A DNA stretch of 46,044 nucleotides from Deferribacterales bacterium (GTDB lineage Bacteria > Chrysiogenota > Deferribacteres > Deferribacterales > Geovibrionaceae). Under the pieces are notes generated by a model. It searched no databases and was not told the DNA's origin. It saw only the letters and a program-made list of their open reading frames with translations. Below are positions 8,496-16,598 of this stretch, in pieces. Positions within the stretch are counted from its first letter, which is position 1, and each line of letters starts with the position of its first letter. The stretch covers positions 1 to 46,044 of the forward strand of contig JBFWJG010000010.1 in assembly GCA_050253335.1 (NCBI GenBank), given 5' to 3'. The translations under genes were made by a program, and so were the position numbers.

Positions 8496-8583
8496 GATTA
8501 TTTCAGTACCGAAACTGCATATTAAGTTTTTTCAATCTTCCTTTTTCACTTTTTCACTGTGAGATTCTGCTCACCTGAATTGT

Positions 8584-8610
8584 TTATCGGCAATCTGATA
8601 GAAAACTTTA
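8584..8610 (-). promoter_or_regulatory. Sigma28 (FliA) promoter
   Basis: Minus strand TAAA-N15-GCCGATAA, an exact consensus match. Confidence 0.9.
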
Positions 8611-8662
8611 GTTTTTTGAGCCGCTCTTTTTAAATTTTTATTTCTTATGCATCCTGCTCAAA

Positions 8663-8691
8663 TTGACTGCCTGATTCTTTTCTTATATGCT
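8663..8691 (+). promoter_or_regulatory. Putative sigma70 promoter for maf
   Basis: TTGACT-N17-TATGCT. Confidence 0.55.
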
Positions 8692-8716
8692 TAAAAAAAT
8701 CGGCAGAGGACGGAAA

Positions 8717-10633
8717 ATGATAAGAGAAAAAAACATGAAAGCACTCAAAGAGTGCCGCCCTGAACTTTATGAACTGATAAATAACACTAAACAGACGGGC
8801 AGATATAAAATAATCTCATCAGCGCACCCCACAAAATATCCGAACCTGCTGGATACGCTCACAGGAAAAACTTTTTATAATAACGCAGACCCCGTCGGCG
8901 GTTCAAAACGCCTTATCATTGATAAAAAAATAAAAGTGCCCAACCTTGCTGTCTTTTTGGGCGCAGGACTTTTTTATAACATAATAAACTATGCAGCTGT
9001 CTTCGGGACAGCGAACTCCACATACATTGTAGTGGAAAAGGACCCTGAAATCTTTGCCCTTGCCCTAAGTGTTATTGACCTTGAGCAGATAATACGCAGC
9101 AAAAATATTTTCCTGTTTGCGGGGCTTGAGGCAGACAAGCTTTACCCGCAGCTGAACACAATAATAATCTCCGGAGGCAACAAATACTTCGCCAAAGCCA
9201 TAAACTTCATAGAAGAGCCTGAGGCTTTTGCTCAAAACAAAAGCTACTACCTGCAGGCGGTGCGCACCACCGGTGAAGCGGCAAAACAGGTGCTCCTTTT
9301 CTTCGGCAACGATCCGCTGGATTCCCTTATAGGCATTGACCACACTTTTGTGAATATAAATGAAATTATCACAAACCCCGGTATAGACAGCCTCAAAGGC
9401 ATTTTTAAAGATAAAACAGGGATAGTCGTTGCTACCGGACCCTCGCTGAATAAAAATATTCACCTGCTGAAAGATCTGTACGGAAAAGCAGTTATCTGCG
9501 CGGCGGATGCTTCCGTAAGAGTTATGAAAAGCCACGGCATCAAGCCCCATATTGCCACATCCCTTGAAAGAGTGGAGGCGACAAGCAGACTTTTTGAAGG
9601 CCTGAGCGAAGAGGATGTGAAAGATGTGTTCCTTGCCGCCTGCCCCGTCATACACCCCCTGACATATGAAAATTTCAAAGGGGAGCGGATTGTTGTCTAC
9701 AGAAACTTCGCCACCTTCGAGTGGCTTAACATACCCAAAGGCACCCTTGAGATAGGCGCCTCTGCCGCTAATATGGCATTTAAGGTGCTGGAATATCTCG
9801 GCTGCAACCCAATAATACTCATCGGGCAGGATCTCGCCTTCGGGGAGGACGACCTTACCCACGCAAAGGGGAGCACATTCGGAGAAAAGGAAGAGCAATA
9901 CCACACAAAGCGTAAGATACTTACGGTTGAAGGAAACTATGTTCCCGAAATAAAAACCACAGATGTGTGGGAGATGTTCAGGAAACATTATATAAAAGAT
10001 GTGGCCAACTTTCAGGGGTGTGTAGTTAACGCTACGGAAGGCGGAGCAAAAATCCCCGGAACCCAAATAATGAGCCTTGCGGAAGCGGTTAATAAGTACA
10101 TAAAAGACACTCCGCAGGAAAATATAACGGATACCATCAAACATCACCTCCGGTATCCAAACAGAAATGATATGCTGGAACAATATTCAAAAACCCTTGA
10201 AAAGGTTACCGAAAGCATAATCTATTGCGAGAGTGCGGTGCAGAGGCTGTATGATGGCTATCTGATTACAAACCAGTATAATGATGAAATAACACAGAAT
10301 CTTGTGAACAACAAACCGTATGACCCGAAGCTCGGGCAGTCTCTCATGGCAAAAACTCTGAATATAAACACTATTTTTGATGAAAAGAACTTTTTCGAAA
10401 TCCTCATGCACTATGTGCAGTCTTACTACATCAGGACTATGGTGGAGGTAAATGGCGTTAAAGCAGGAAATGATTCTCCGGAGATCACCAATGCAAAAAT
10501 AATGGCTTTGATGAATGAGATGTTCGCAGTCATGGTGGAGCTGATTAAAAAGATGCTGAACATGCTCCATGTCCTTAAAGCTGTTCTTGAAATCAACCTG
10601 AAAAAGATAAAGGAAGAAAACGGGGAGGCTTAG
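8717..10633 (+). CDS. maf: Motility-associated factor (Maf, DUF115/MptE-like) flagellin glycosyltransferase
   Basis: IVVATGPSLNKNI, ICAADAS, LGCNPIILIGQDLAF and NATEGGAKIPG motifs. Located between flagellin and pse genes. Start placed at ATG 8717 after GAGGA. Confidence 0.88.
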   Translation: MIREKNMKALKECRPELYELINNTKQTGRYKIISSAHPTKYPNLLDTLTGKTFYNNADPVGGSKRLIIDKKIKVPNLAVFLGAGLFYNIINYAAVFGTANSTYIVVEKDPEIFALALSVIDLEQIIRSKNIFLFAGLEADKLYPQLNTIIISGGNKYFAKAINFIEEPEAFAQNKSYYLQAVRTTGEAAKQVLLFFGNDPLDSLIGIDHTFVNINEIITNPGIDSLKGIFKDKTGIVVATGPSLNKNIHLLKDLYGKAVICAADASVRVMKSHGIKPHIATSLERVEATSRLFEGLSEEDVKDVFLAACPVIHPLTYENFKGERIVVYRNFATFEWLNIPKGTLEIGASAANMAFKVLEYLGCNPIILIGQDLAFGEDDLTHAKGSTFGEKEEQYHTKRKILTVEGNYVPEIKTTDVWEMFRKHYIKDVANFQGCVVNATEGGAKIPGTQIMSLAEAVNKYIKDTPQENITDTIKHHLRYPNRNDMLEQYSKTLEKVTESIIYCESAVQRLYDGYLITNQYNDEITQNLVNNKPYDPKLGQSLMAKTLNINTIFDEKNFFEILMHYVQSYYIRTMVEVNGVKAGNDSPEITNAKIMALMNEMFAVMVELIKKMLNMLHVLKAVLEINLKKIKEENGEA

Positions 10634-10643
10634 CCTCCCTTTA

Positions 10644-11645
10644 TCAGTCTACAATGCCTATTTTCGCAGTCCAGTCCCTGAGTTCCTCAACCGAGAGGAA
10701 GTGGGTGTTGCTGTCTGATTTATAGAAAAATTCAGGTTCCACCTTCTTCCCTCCTTCCGTGAAATGCCTCTCAAGCGACCACCAGGAATAGTTGGGATAT
10801 ATTATGTAGTAATTTCCGTATTCATAAGTCATGGGAGCATCCTCAACGGTTATCATCTCCTCATGCATCTTCTCCCCTTCACGGATGCCTATCTCCTTCA
10901 GATGAGCATCGGGAAGCATCGCTTTGGCAAGGTCGGTGACATTGAATGAGGGGATCTTCGCCACATACACCTCTCCGCCTTTTGCCTCGGCTATTCCCCT
11001 CATAACCATCTGTACGCCCTCCTCAAGGGTGATCCAGAAGCGGGTCATGCGGAAGTCAGTTATTGGGAGGGTCTTTTCGCCGTTTTCTATAAGCTTTCTG
11101 AAAAACGGAATGACGGAGCCCCTGCTGCCTGCCACATTTCCGTAGCGGACAACGCTGAACTTGGTCTTTTTTGAACCGGCATAAGCATTTGCGGAGGTGA
11201 AAAGCTTGTCGGAAACAAGTTTTGTGGCGCCGTAAAGGTTAACCGGGTGGACAGCCTTGTCCGTGGAAAGGGCGATAACCTTCTCCACGCCTCGGTCTAT
11301 GGCCGCGTCAATAACATTTTCAGCACCTGTGATGTTGGTTTTTATGGCTTCCATCGGGTTGTACTCAGCGGCGGGAACCTGCTTCAGCGCGGCGGCGTGG
11401 ACAACAATATCCACTCCGTCGAAGGCGCGGTACATCCTCTCCCTGTCACGGACATCCCCTATGAAGAAGCGCATCTTTGAGAGATGTGCGGCAAAATCAC
11501 CCTGCATAACGTACTGTTTGTATTCATCTCTGGAATAGACTATCACTTTTTTGGGATTATGGTTTTCGAGGATATACCTTATAAATTTCTTGCCGAAGGA
11601 GCCTGTTCCTCCGGTCACAAGAACCGTTTTGCCGTCTATGTTCAT
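10644..11645 (-). CDS. pseB: UDP-N-acetylglucosamine 4,6-dehydratase (inverting)
   Basis: VTGGTGSFG, HAAALKQVPAAEYNP, STDKA, YGATK, RYGNVAGSRGSVIPFF, MTRFWITL. Confidence 0.95.
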   Translation of the reverse strand: MNIDGKTVLVTGGTGSFGKKFIRYILENHNPKKVIVYSRDEYKQYVMQGDFAAHLSKMRFFIGDVRDRERMYRAFDGVDIVVHAAALKQVPAAEYNPMEAIKTNITGAENVIDAAIDRGVEKVIALSTDKAVHPVNLYGATKLVSDKLFTSANAYAGSKKTKFSVVRYGNVAGSRGSVIPFFRKLIENGEKTLPITDFRMTRFWITLEEGVQMVMRGIAEAKGGEVYVAKIPSFNVTDLAKAMLPDAHLKEIGIREGEKMHEEMITVEDAPMTYEYGNYYIIYPNYSWWSLERHFTEGGKKVEPEFFYKSDSNTHFLSVEELRDWTAKIGIVD

Positions 11646-11706
11646 CAATGTCTCCGATGAGAAAAATTTACCTTATACTTCTGATTTAGCAAATAATATT
11701 CCACGC

Positions 11707-12762
11707 TCAGCCGGAAAAAAGCTCAAATGACGCCGGCGTGCCTTTTTTAATATCCTTCGCCGCTTTTTTCCCCAGAAGCTCCTTGTAATGCTTGGTGTGC
11801 AGGCCGTTCGAAGGTCTGACCGAACGCAGGTTGCGCGGGGTTATCTCCTCACCCGCCTTCACATCCTCTGCAATAAACAGCGAGCGGGAAAAGACGCGGT
11901 TTTTTTCCGCCTTTTCAGTAAGAACATAATCCGCCCTGCCGAGGGAGGCCTCAGCGGTGCGCACATTCTGAACCATTTTCTTAAACTCTTCAGGCTCCAT
12001 GGAAAAAGCGGCATCGGGTCCGCCGAGCTTTCTGTCCAGTATGAAGTGCTTCTCGATCACTTTCGCACCCAGACTCACAGCCACCACAGGAACAAGGGAG
12101 CCGTCCGTGTGGTCGCTGACTCCGGTTATGACCCCGAAACGCTTTGACATATCCGGAATTGTGAGGAGGTTTGCCTCCTCCGGTTTCGCAGGATACGCGC
12201 TTGTGCATTTCAGGAGCATTATCTGATCATTTCCTGCTCCGCGCACAGTTTCCACCGCAAGCTCAATATCTTCCAGACGTGCTATGCCGGTGGACATGAT
12301 CACGGGCTTGCCCTTAGAGGCAACATATTCAAGAAGCGGAATATCATTTATTTCAAACGAGGCGATTTTATAAGCGGGAACATTCATCTCTTCCAGAAAG
12401 TCCACAGCGGTGAAATCAAAGGGGCTGGAGAAACACACCATGCCCAGTTCATCCGCAAGCTTTTTCAGCCTGGGCTGCCACTCCCACGGGGTGTAGGCCT
12501 CGCCGTACAGCTCATAAAAAGTTTTTGAATCCCAGAGAGTTCCATGGGATATGCGGAAAATATCATCCGAGCATTTGAGAGTTATCGTATCCGGAGTGTA
12601 GGTCTGAAGCTTTACAGCGTCCGCACCTGCCTCTTTCATGGCTATGATTGTTTTCTCCGCAAGGGCGTAGTTCTGGAGGTGGTTGCAGGAAAGTTCCGCA
12701 ATAATAAACGCCGGACTGTCCTCAGTGATTATATATCCGCCTATGTCTATTGTTTTATTCAT
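11707..12762 (-). CDS. pseI: Pseudaminic acid synthase
   Basis: IIAELSCNH, KLQTYTPDT, YTPWEW, KIASFE, SDHT, C-terminal SAF domain. Confidence 0.94.
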   Translation of the reverse strand: MNKTIDIGGYIITEDSPAFIIAELSCNHLQNYALAEKTIIAMKEAGADAVKLQTYTPDTITLKCSDDIFRISHGTLWDSKTFYELYGEAYTPWEWQPRLKKLADELGMVCFSSPFDFTAVDFLEEMNVPAYKIASFEINDIPLLEYVASKGKPVIMSTGIARLEDIELAVETVRGAGNDQIMLLKCTSAYPAKPEEANLLTIPDMSKRFGVITGVSDHTDGSLVPVVAVSLGAKVIEKHFILDRKLGGPDAAFSMEPEEFKKMVQNVRTAEASLGRADYVLTEKAEKNRVFSRSLFIAEDVKAGEEITPRNLRSVRPSNGLHTKHYKELLGKKAAKDIKKGTPASFELFSG

Positions 12763-13349
12763 TTTATCTCCGCGCAGAGTTTCTTGAACTCCTTCAAAGG
12801 AATGCCGTAGCCTTTCTCGGTCAGAATGTGCCTGTATTTATCAAGATCCGCCGATTTGTGGCAGGAGCCGCCCTTTTTCTGTCTGGCGGGGATAATTCTT
12901 TTTTCCCGCAGATACTTCCAGTTCGCCTTGAACATATCCTGAATCGCTTCATGAAGCTTGGCGTATGAACTGGCCAGAGTCTCTTCGGCTTCGTTAAACA
13001 CAAGCTCTTCCTGAACAAGTATGTCTCCGGTATCGAGCCCTGCGTCTATCTTATGTATTGTCACGCCCTTAGGCGTGTTTTCCAGAAAGCTCCATATGTT
13101 CGGGTCCGCGCCTTTGTTCCAGGGCAGGTATGATATATGAAGGTTTATTATTCCTCCGTTCATCGCCTTTATCACATCTTCCCTTATTATGTATCTGTAG
13201 CTGTAGCTTATTATTAAGTCAGGCTTTATTTCTTCAAGAAGCGGAAGGTCTATCCTTTCGCTCAGAACCACCACCGACTCCTCGTTTTCCCTGAGCCAGT
13301 CTATGAGCGGTTTTGAAACATCATTGTTTGTAAGAACGGCAATTTTCAC
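12759..13349 (-). CDS. N10-formyltetrahydrofolate-dependent sugar N-formyltransferase (PseJ-like)
   Basis: INLHISYLPWNKGADPNIWS, GVTIH, D.GLDTGDILVQ formyltransferase motifs. Lies between pseG and pseI. Confidence 0.85.
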   Translation of the reverse strand: MKIAVLTNNDVSKPLIDWLRENEESVVVLSERIDLPLLEEIKPDLIISYSYRYIIREDVIKAMNGGIINLHISYLPWNKGADPNIWSFLENTPKGVTIHKIDAGLDTGDILVQEELVFNEAEETLASSYAKLHEAIQDMFKANWKYLREKRIIPARQKKGGSCHKSADLDKYRHILTEKGYGIPLKEFKKLCAEIK

Positions 13350-14287
13350 TCTGCCACCTCCGCAATCATCCGAACCACTCTGCGTACCCCCTGCCCGTCT
13401 ACATAGAGAGGGCCCAGAACCGACATTGAGCGGTTTTTTTCCGTGTCTTGTATATCAGCGATCGCCTGCTTCATAATATTATCAAAATTTTTATTCCCAT
13501 AAAAGCCTGCTGACAGTGCAAAGCCTGTTTTTTCCCAATTTTCCAGATTAATCCTCTGATTTTCGGCAAAACCGAACAAAACAGCAGGAACAGCGGTTCG
13601 GGCAAGTTCATATGAGGTCTGCCCCGCAGCGGAAACCGCAAAAAGCCTTTTTGACATCAGCTCCGCCATCTCCGCAGCCTGAAGACCGAAAAAGGCTTTC
13701 ACCCTCGGAGAATCAACAGGCCTGCTTCCGCTTATAATAAATATATCCTCATCGGTATTATCAAGGAGCAATCTGCATATATGAGAGGAAATCTCCTCTG
13801 CCCCCGAACCGCCCGCACTCAGGAAGATGCCGCTTCTCTCCTCCGCATAATCGTCAAAGTCCCAGAAAGGCCTGCGGAGCATGGCGTATCTGCTTCCGGC
13901 AAGAATCATCTGGGAGGGCTTACCCTTGTAGGGAAGCTTTTCCGCACTGACCGAGCCGTTTACAACTATCCCTTCAGGGTAGTCAAGCCGCATGTCATCA
14001 TCGATAAACACGCATAAACCGCCGTATGAAGCTATTTTATTAAGCACCGCTTCCGATGTGAGGTATGAATCAGCAATGCAGACATCATAGCCCTTGCAGA
14101 TGCTTACATCGCTTATCCAGTCGGTTATGGCGGAATCTTCACCCGTTATGCTTCTGTCGCAGTCTCCCTGAATGAAGAGATCCGCATTAATGTCCAGCTC
14201 CGCAAAGCCTTCTTTCAGAGCGCGGCACCTGCCGTAGTGGCCGTAGCCTATACCTTTTCCGGCGGAGGTGAAGATTCCCGCTTTCAC
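13346..14287 (-). CDS. pseG: UDP-2,4-diacylamino-2,4,6-trideoxy-beta-L-altrose hydrolase (PseG/SpsG)
   Basis: IGYGHYGRCRAL, DSY, FIDD, LRRPF, SAAGQTSYELA, AENQ, VDGQGVRRV. Confidence 0.85.
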   Translation of the reverse strand: MKAGIFTSAGKGIGYGHYGRCRALKEGFAELDINADLFIQGDCDRSITGEDSAITDWISDVSICKGYDVCIADSYLTSEAVLNKIASYGGLCVFIDDDMRLDYPEGIVVNGSVSAEKLPYKGKPSQMILAGSRYAMLRRPFWDFDDYAEERSGIFLSAGGSGAEEISSHICRLLLDNTDEDIFIISGSRPVDSPRVKAFFGLQAAEMAELMSKRLFAVSAAGQTSYELARTAVPAVLFGFAENQRINLENWEKTGFALSAGFYGNKNFDNIMKQAIADIQDTEKNRSMSVLGPLYVDGQGVRRVVRMIAEVAE

Positions 14288-15102
14288 TTCATTTCCCTTT
14301 TCAGAACAGCCGCAGCCCTATACATATCCTGCTTTTCCAGAAGCCTCACCGCGGCTTCCAGCTCTTCTTTTTCGTCTTTGAAAACAGCCTTCTGAACAAC
14401 AGGCTTAGTTATATATGACAGCCAGGGCTTCTGGGCGAAGAGCCCTTCAAGCTCCCTCAGCCCGAAATCATCACCGAGAAACTCGAAAACCGCAGTCAGA
14501 AGAGCGTAGTCCTCGGGCGTGTCCAGAGTAACCCTTATATCTGATGTATTTCTCTCCTGAACAAGCTGAACAGTTTTGAATATGCCTGATTTATAAAGAT
14601 AAGGGGTGACATGCTCCCTGTACTGCTTCAGTTCAGCCTCTCTGTAAGCCCTTTCCAGAGCGGCGAAGGTAAATATCTCCGCATCCAGCCCGTGCGGATA
14701 CGTGCGGTCGACAGTGTTGGATACATAGTCCGCCCCAGTGCCCGTAAACTTCCTCACCATATCCCCTAGAACTTCCGGATCATGGCAGGGGCAGTCGGAG
14801 GTTATGCGCATAACCGCATCAAGCCCTGTTTCCCTCGCCGCGAGATAGTAGCGCTCCAGCACATCGTCCTCGCTCCCCCTGAAGGAGCGGACACCGAGCC
14901 TGGCCGCCTCATTAACCACCATGAGATCCGCCTCTTCCGTGGTTGTGGCGATTATGACCTCCGAGGCTTCCTGAACTTTCAGACAGCGGCGCACAACATG
15001 CTCCAGCGCTGTTCTCTCCCCCTTTTCGGGCAGTTTCTTGAGAATCTTGCCGGGCAGCCTGCTTGAGCCCATGCGTGCCTGAATTATTATCCCAAGACGC
15101 AT
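14284..15102 (-). CDS. pseF: Cytidylyltransferase, SpsF/PseF type (CMP-pseudaminic acid synthetase)
   Basis: IIQARMGSSRLPGK, FRGSEDDVLERY, RITSDCP, REHVTPY, VTLDTPED. Confidence 0.8.
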   Translation of the reverse strand: MRLGIIIQARMGSSRLPGKILKKLPEKGERTALEHVVRRCLKVQEASEVIIATTTEEADLMVVNEAARLGVRSFRGSEDDVLERYYLAARETGLDAVMRITSDCPCHDPEVLGDMVRKFTGTGADYVSNTVDRTYPHGLDAEIFTFAALERAYREAELKQYREHVTPYLYKSGIFKTVQLVQERNTSDIRVTLDTPEDYALLTAVFEFLGDDFGLRELEGLFAQKPWLSYITKPVVQKAVFKDEKEELEAAVRLLEKQDMYRAAAVLKREMK

Positions 15103-16244
15103 TTCAGCGCCTCCATGACTGATTCTATGACATAATCCTGATCCCTGTCAGACAGTGACGGGAACATGGGGATGCTGAGTTCCGATTTATAGAACTTCTC
15201 CGCCTCAGACAGAGTGAAGTTTTCAAACCCGTTCGCCCTGTAGTAAGGGTGCATGTAAACCGGAAGGTAATGAACCTGAGCATATACCCCTTTTTTCCGG
15301 AGCAGATCATAAACCTCTCTGCGTCCGTGCTCAATGCGCAGCGGATAAAGATGGTATGCATTCAGCCTTCCGTCTTTATGCGGAGGGGTTTTTACTCCTT
15401 CTGCACCCCTGAAAGCTGAGTCGTATTTCGCGGCGATCTCCCTGCGTCTGTTCACCGAGGCCTCCGCCCTTGAGAGCTGGCTTATGCCCAGCGCGCACTG
15501 AATATCCGTTATGCGGTAGTTGTAGCCCAGTTCCTGCATCTCGTGATACCAGCCCCCGTGAGACTCGTTCACAAATCCCTCTCTGGTTATGCCGTGGCTC
15601 CGGAAACGCATGAGTATATCCCTGAGGTTTTCATCATTTGTAAGAACTGCCCCGCCTTCGCCCGTAGCCACATGCTTCACCGGATGAAAGCTGAAAACAG
15701 TCATATCAGAATAAGCGCAGTTTCCTATTCTTTCACCTTTGTATACCGCGCCAAGAGCGTGACAAGCGTCCTCAATCACCAAAAGCCCGTTCTCATCAGC
15801 CAGCGCTTTTATCTTTTCCATATCAGCGGGCATTCCGGAGTAATGCACAGGAGCTATGAGCTTTACCGACTTGTCAATAAGAGCGGGAATCCCGTCTGAA
15901 TCAATGTTTCCTGTGTCCGCCTCAATATCGCAGAAACGGGGCGATGCACCGAGGTAAAGCCCCGCGTTTGAAGTGGCGGCGAATGTCATGGGGGTGGTTA
16001 TGAAACTGTCCCCCTTTTCAAGACCGGCAGCGTAATAAGCGCCGTGAAGGGCGGCTGTTCCGTTGGCGAAGGCAACTGCGAAGCGGGCTCCGCAGTATTC
16101 GGCAAGCTTTTCCTCAAACTCCGCTACCCTAGGTCCCTGAGTGAGGTATTCCGAGCGGAGTGTTTCCGCCACTGCTTTTATGTCTTCTTCCGTAATTTCC
16201 TGTCTTCCGTAAGGGATGATTCTTTTATCGGACACTGTATTCAC
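15087..16244 (-). CDS. pseC: UDP-4-amino-4,6-dideoxy-N-acetyl-beta-L-altrosamine transaminase
   Basis: IPYGRQ, LTQGP, EDACHALG, FSFHPVKH..TGEGG, LGYNYRITDIQCALG. Confidence 0.94.
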   Translation of the reverse strand: MNTVSDKRIIPYGRQEITEEDIKAVAETLRSEYLTQGPRVAEFEEKLAEYCGARFAVAFANGTAALHGAYYAAGLEKGDSFITTPMTFAATSNAGLYLGASPRFCDIEADTGNIDSDGIPALIDKSVKLIAPVHYSGMPADMEKIKALADENGLLVIEDACHALGAVYKGERIGNCAYSDMTVFSFHPVKHVATGEGGAVLTNDENLRDILMRFRSHGITREGFVNESHGGWYHEMQELGYNYRITDIQCALGISQLSRAEASVNRRREIAAKYDSAFRGAEGVKTPPHKDGRLNAYHLYPLRIEHGRREVYDLLRKKGVYAQVHYLPVYMHPYYRANGFENFTLSEAEKFYKSELSIPMFPSLSDRDQDYVIESVMEALKCVLG

Positions 16245-16342
16245 CTGAATCTGCTTATATGATCTGTATAGCTTTTAGAAAAGGAAATGTCCAGATGTTG
16301 AAAAAAAATTTACGGATATGCCTGTGTATGCCCGTAAAAAAA

Positions 16343-16371
16343 TAAAAAAGGGGGCGCTTCCTGCGCCCCCC
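16343..16371 (-). terminator. Intrinsic terminator after flagellin 2 and the small ORF
   Basis: Minus strand GGGGGCGC-AGGAA-GCGCCCCC-TTTTTT. Confidence 0.85.
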
Positions 16372-16384
16372 TGACTTAAACTTA

Positions 16385-16552
16385 CTATATTTTCAATGAC
16401 TGAGTCTTTTTAACTATAGTGACTTTTCCGCCTTCAAACTTCACTTCCACCGATCCGTAGAAATTGCTCTGGAACATCTCTCTCAAGAGTTCCTGAAGCT
16501 GATTAAGCTGAGAATTTTCACCTTTTGTTTTCTGAACACTCACTGCAGCCAT
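16385..16552 (-). CDS. Small protein, DUF2292 (YezD/OscA)-like, 55 aa; not in the ORF track
   Basis: GGAGGT RBS. Translation MAAVSVQKTKGENSQLNQLQELLREMFQSNFYGSVEVKFEGGKVTIVKKTQSLKI; the YGSVE....GKV..I.K...K pattern is DUF2292-like. Followed by a terminator. Confidence 0.78.
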   Translation of the reverse strand: MAAVSVQKTKGENSQLNQLQELLREMFQSNFYGSVEVKFEGGKVTIVKKTQSLKI

Positions 16553-16555
16553 AGC

Positions 16556-16588
16556 ACACCTCCATGTTTTAAGGAACTACATCCATGT
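16556..16588 (-). promoter_or_regulatory. Putative CsrA sites upstream of the small ORF
   Basis: mRNA has ACAUGGAUGU (near SELEX consensus) and ACAUGGAGGUGU over the SD. Confidence 0.6.
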
Positions 16589-16598
16589 TTTCAATGAC

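Noticed and set aside
8308..8580. c-di-GMP-I or -II riboswitch in the flagellin leader
   Set aside because: The consensus elements (GCAAA..GAAA..GACGCAAA for class I; kink-turn/pseudoknot for class II) were not found by eye.
8687..8716. maf start at 8687
   Set aside because: That ATG overlaps the predicted -10 box and lacks an SD; 8717 follows GAGGA.
9065..10570. Long antisense ORFs within maf
   Set aside because: Shadow frames of a well-supported gene.
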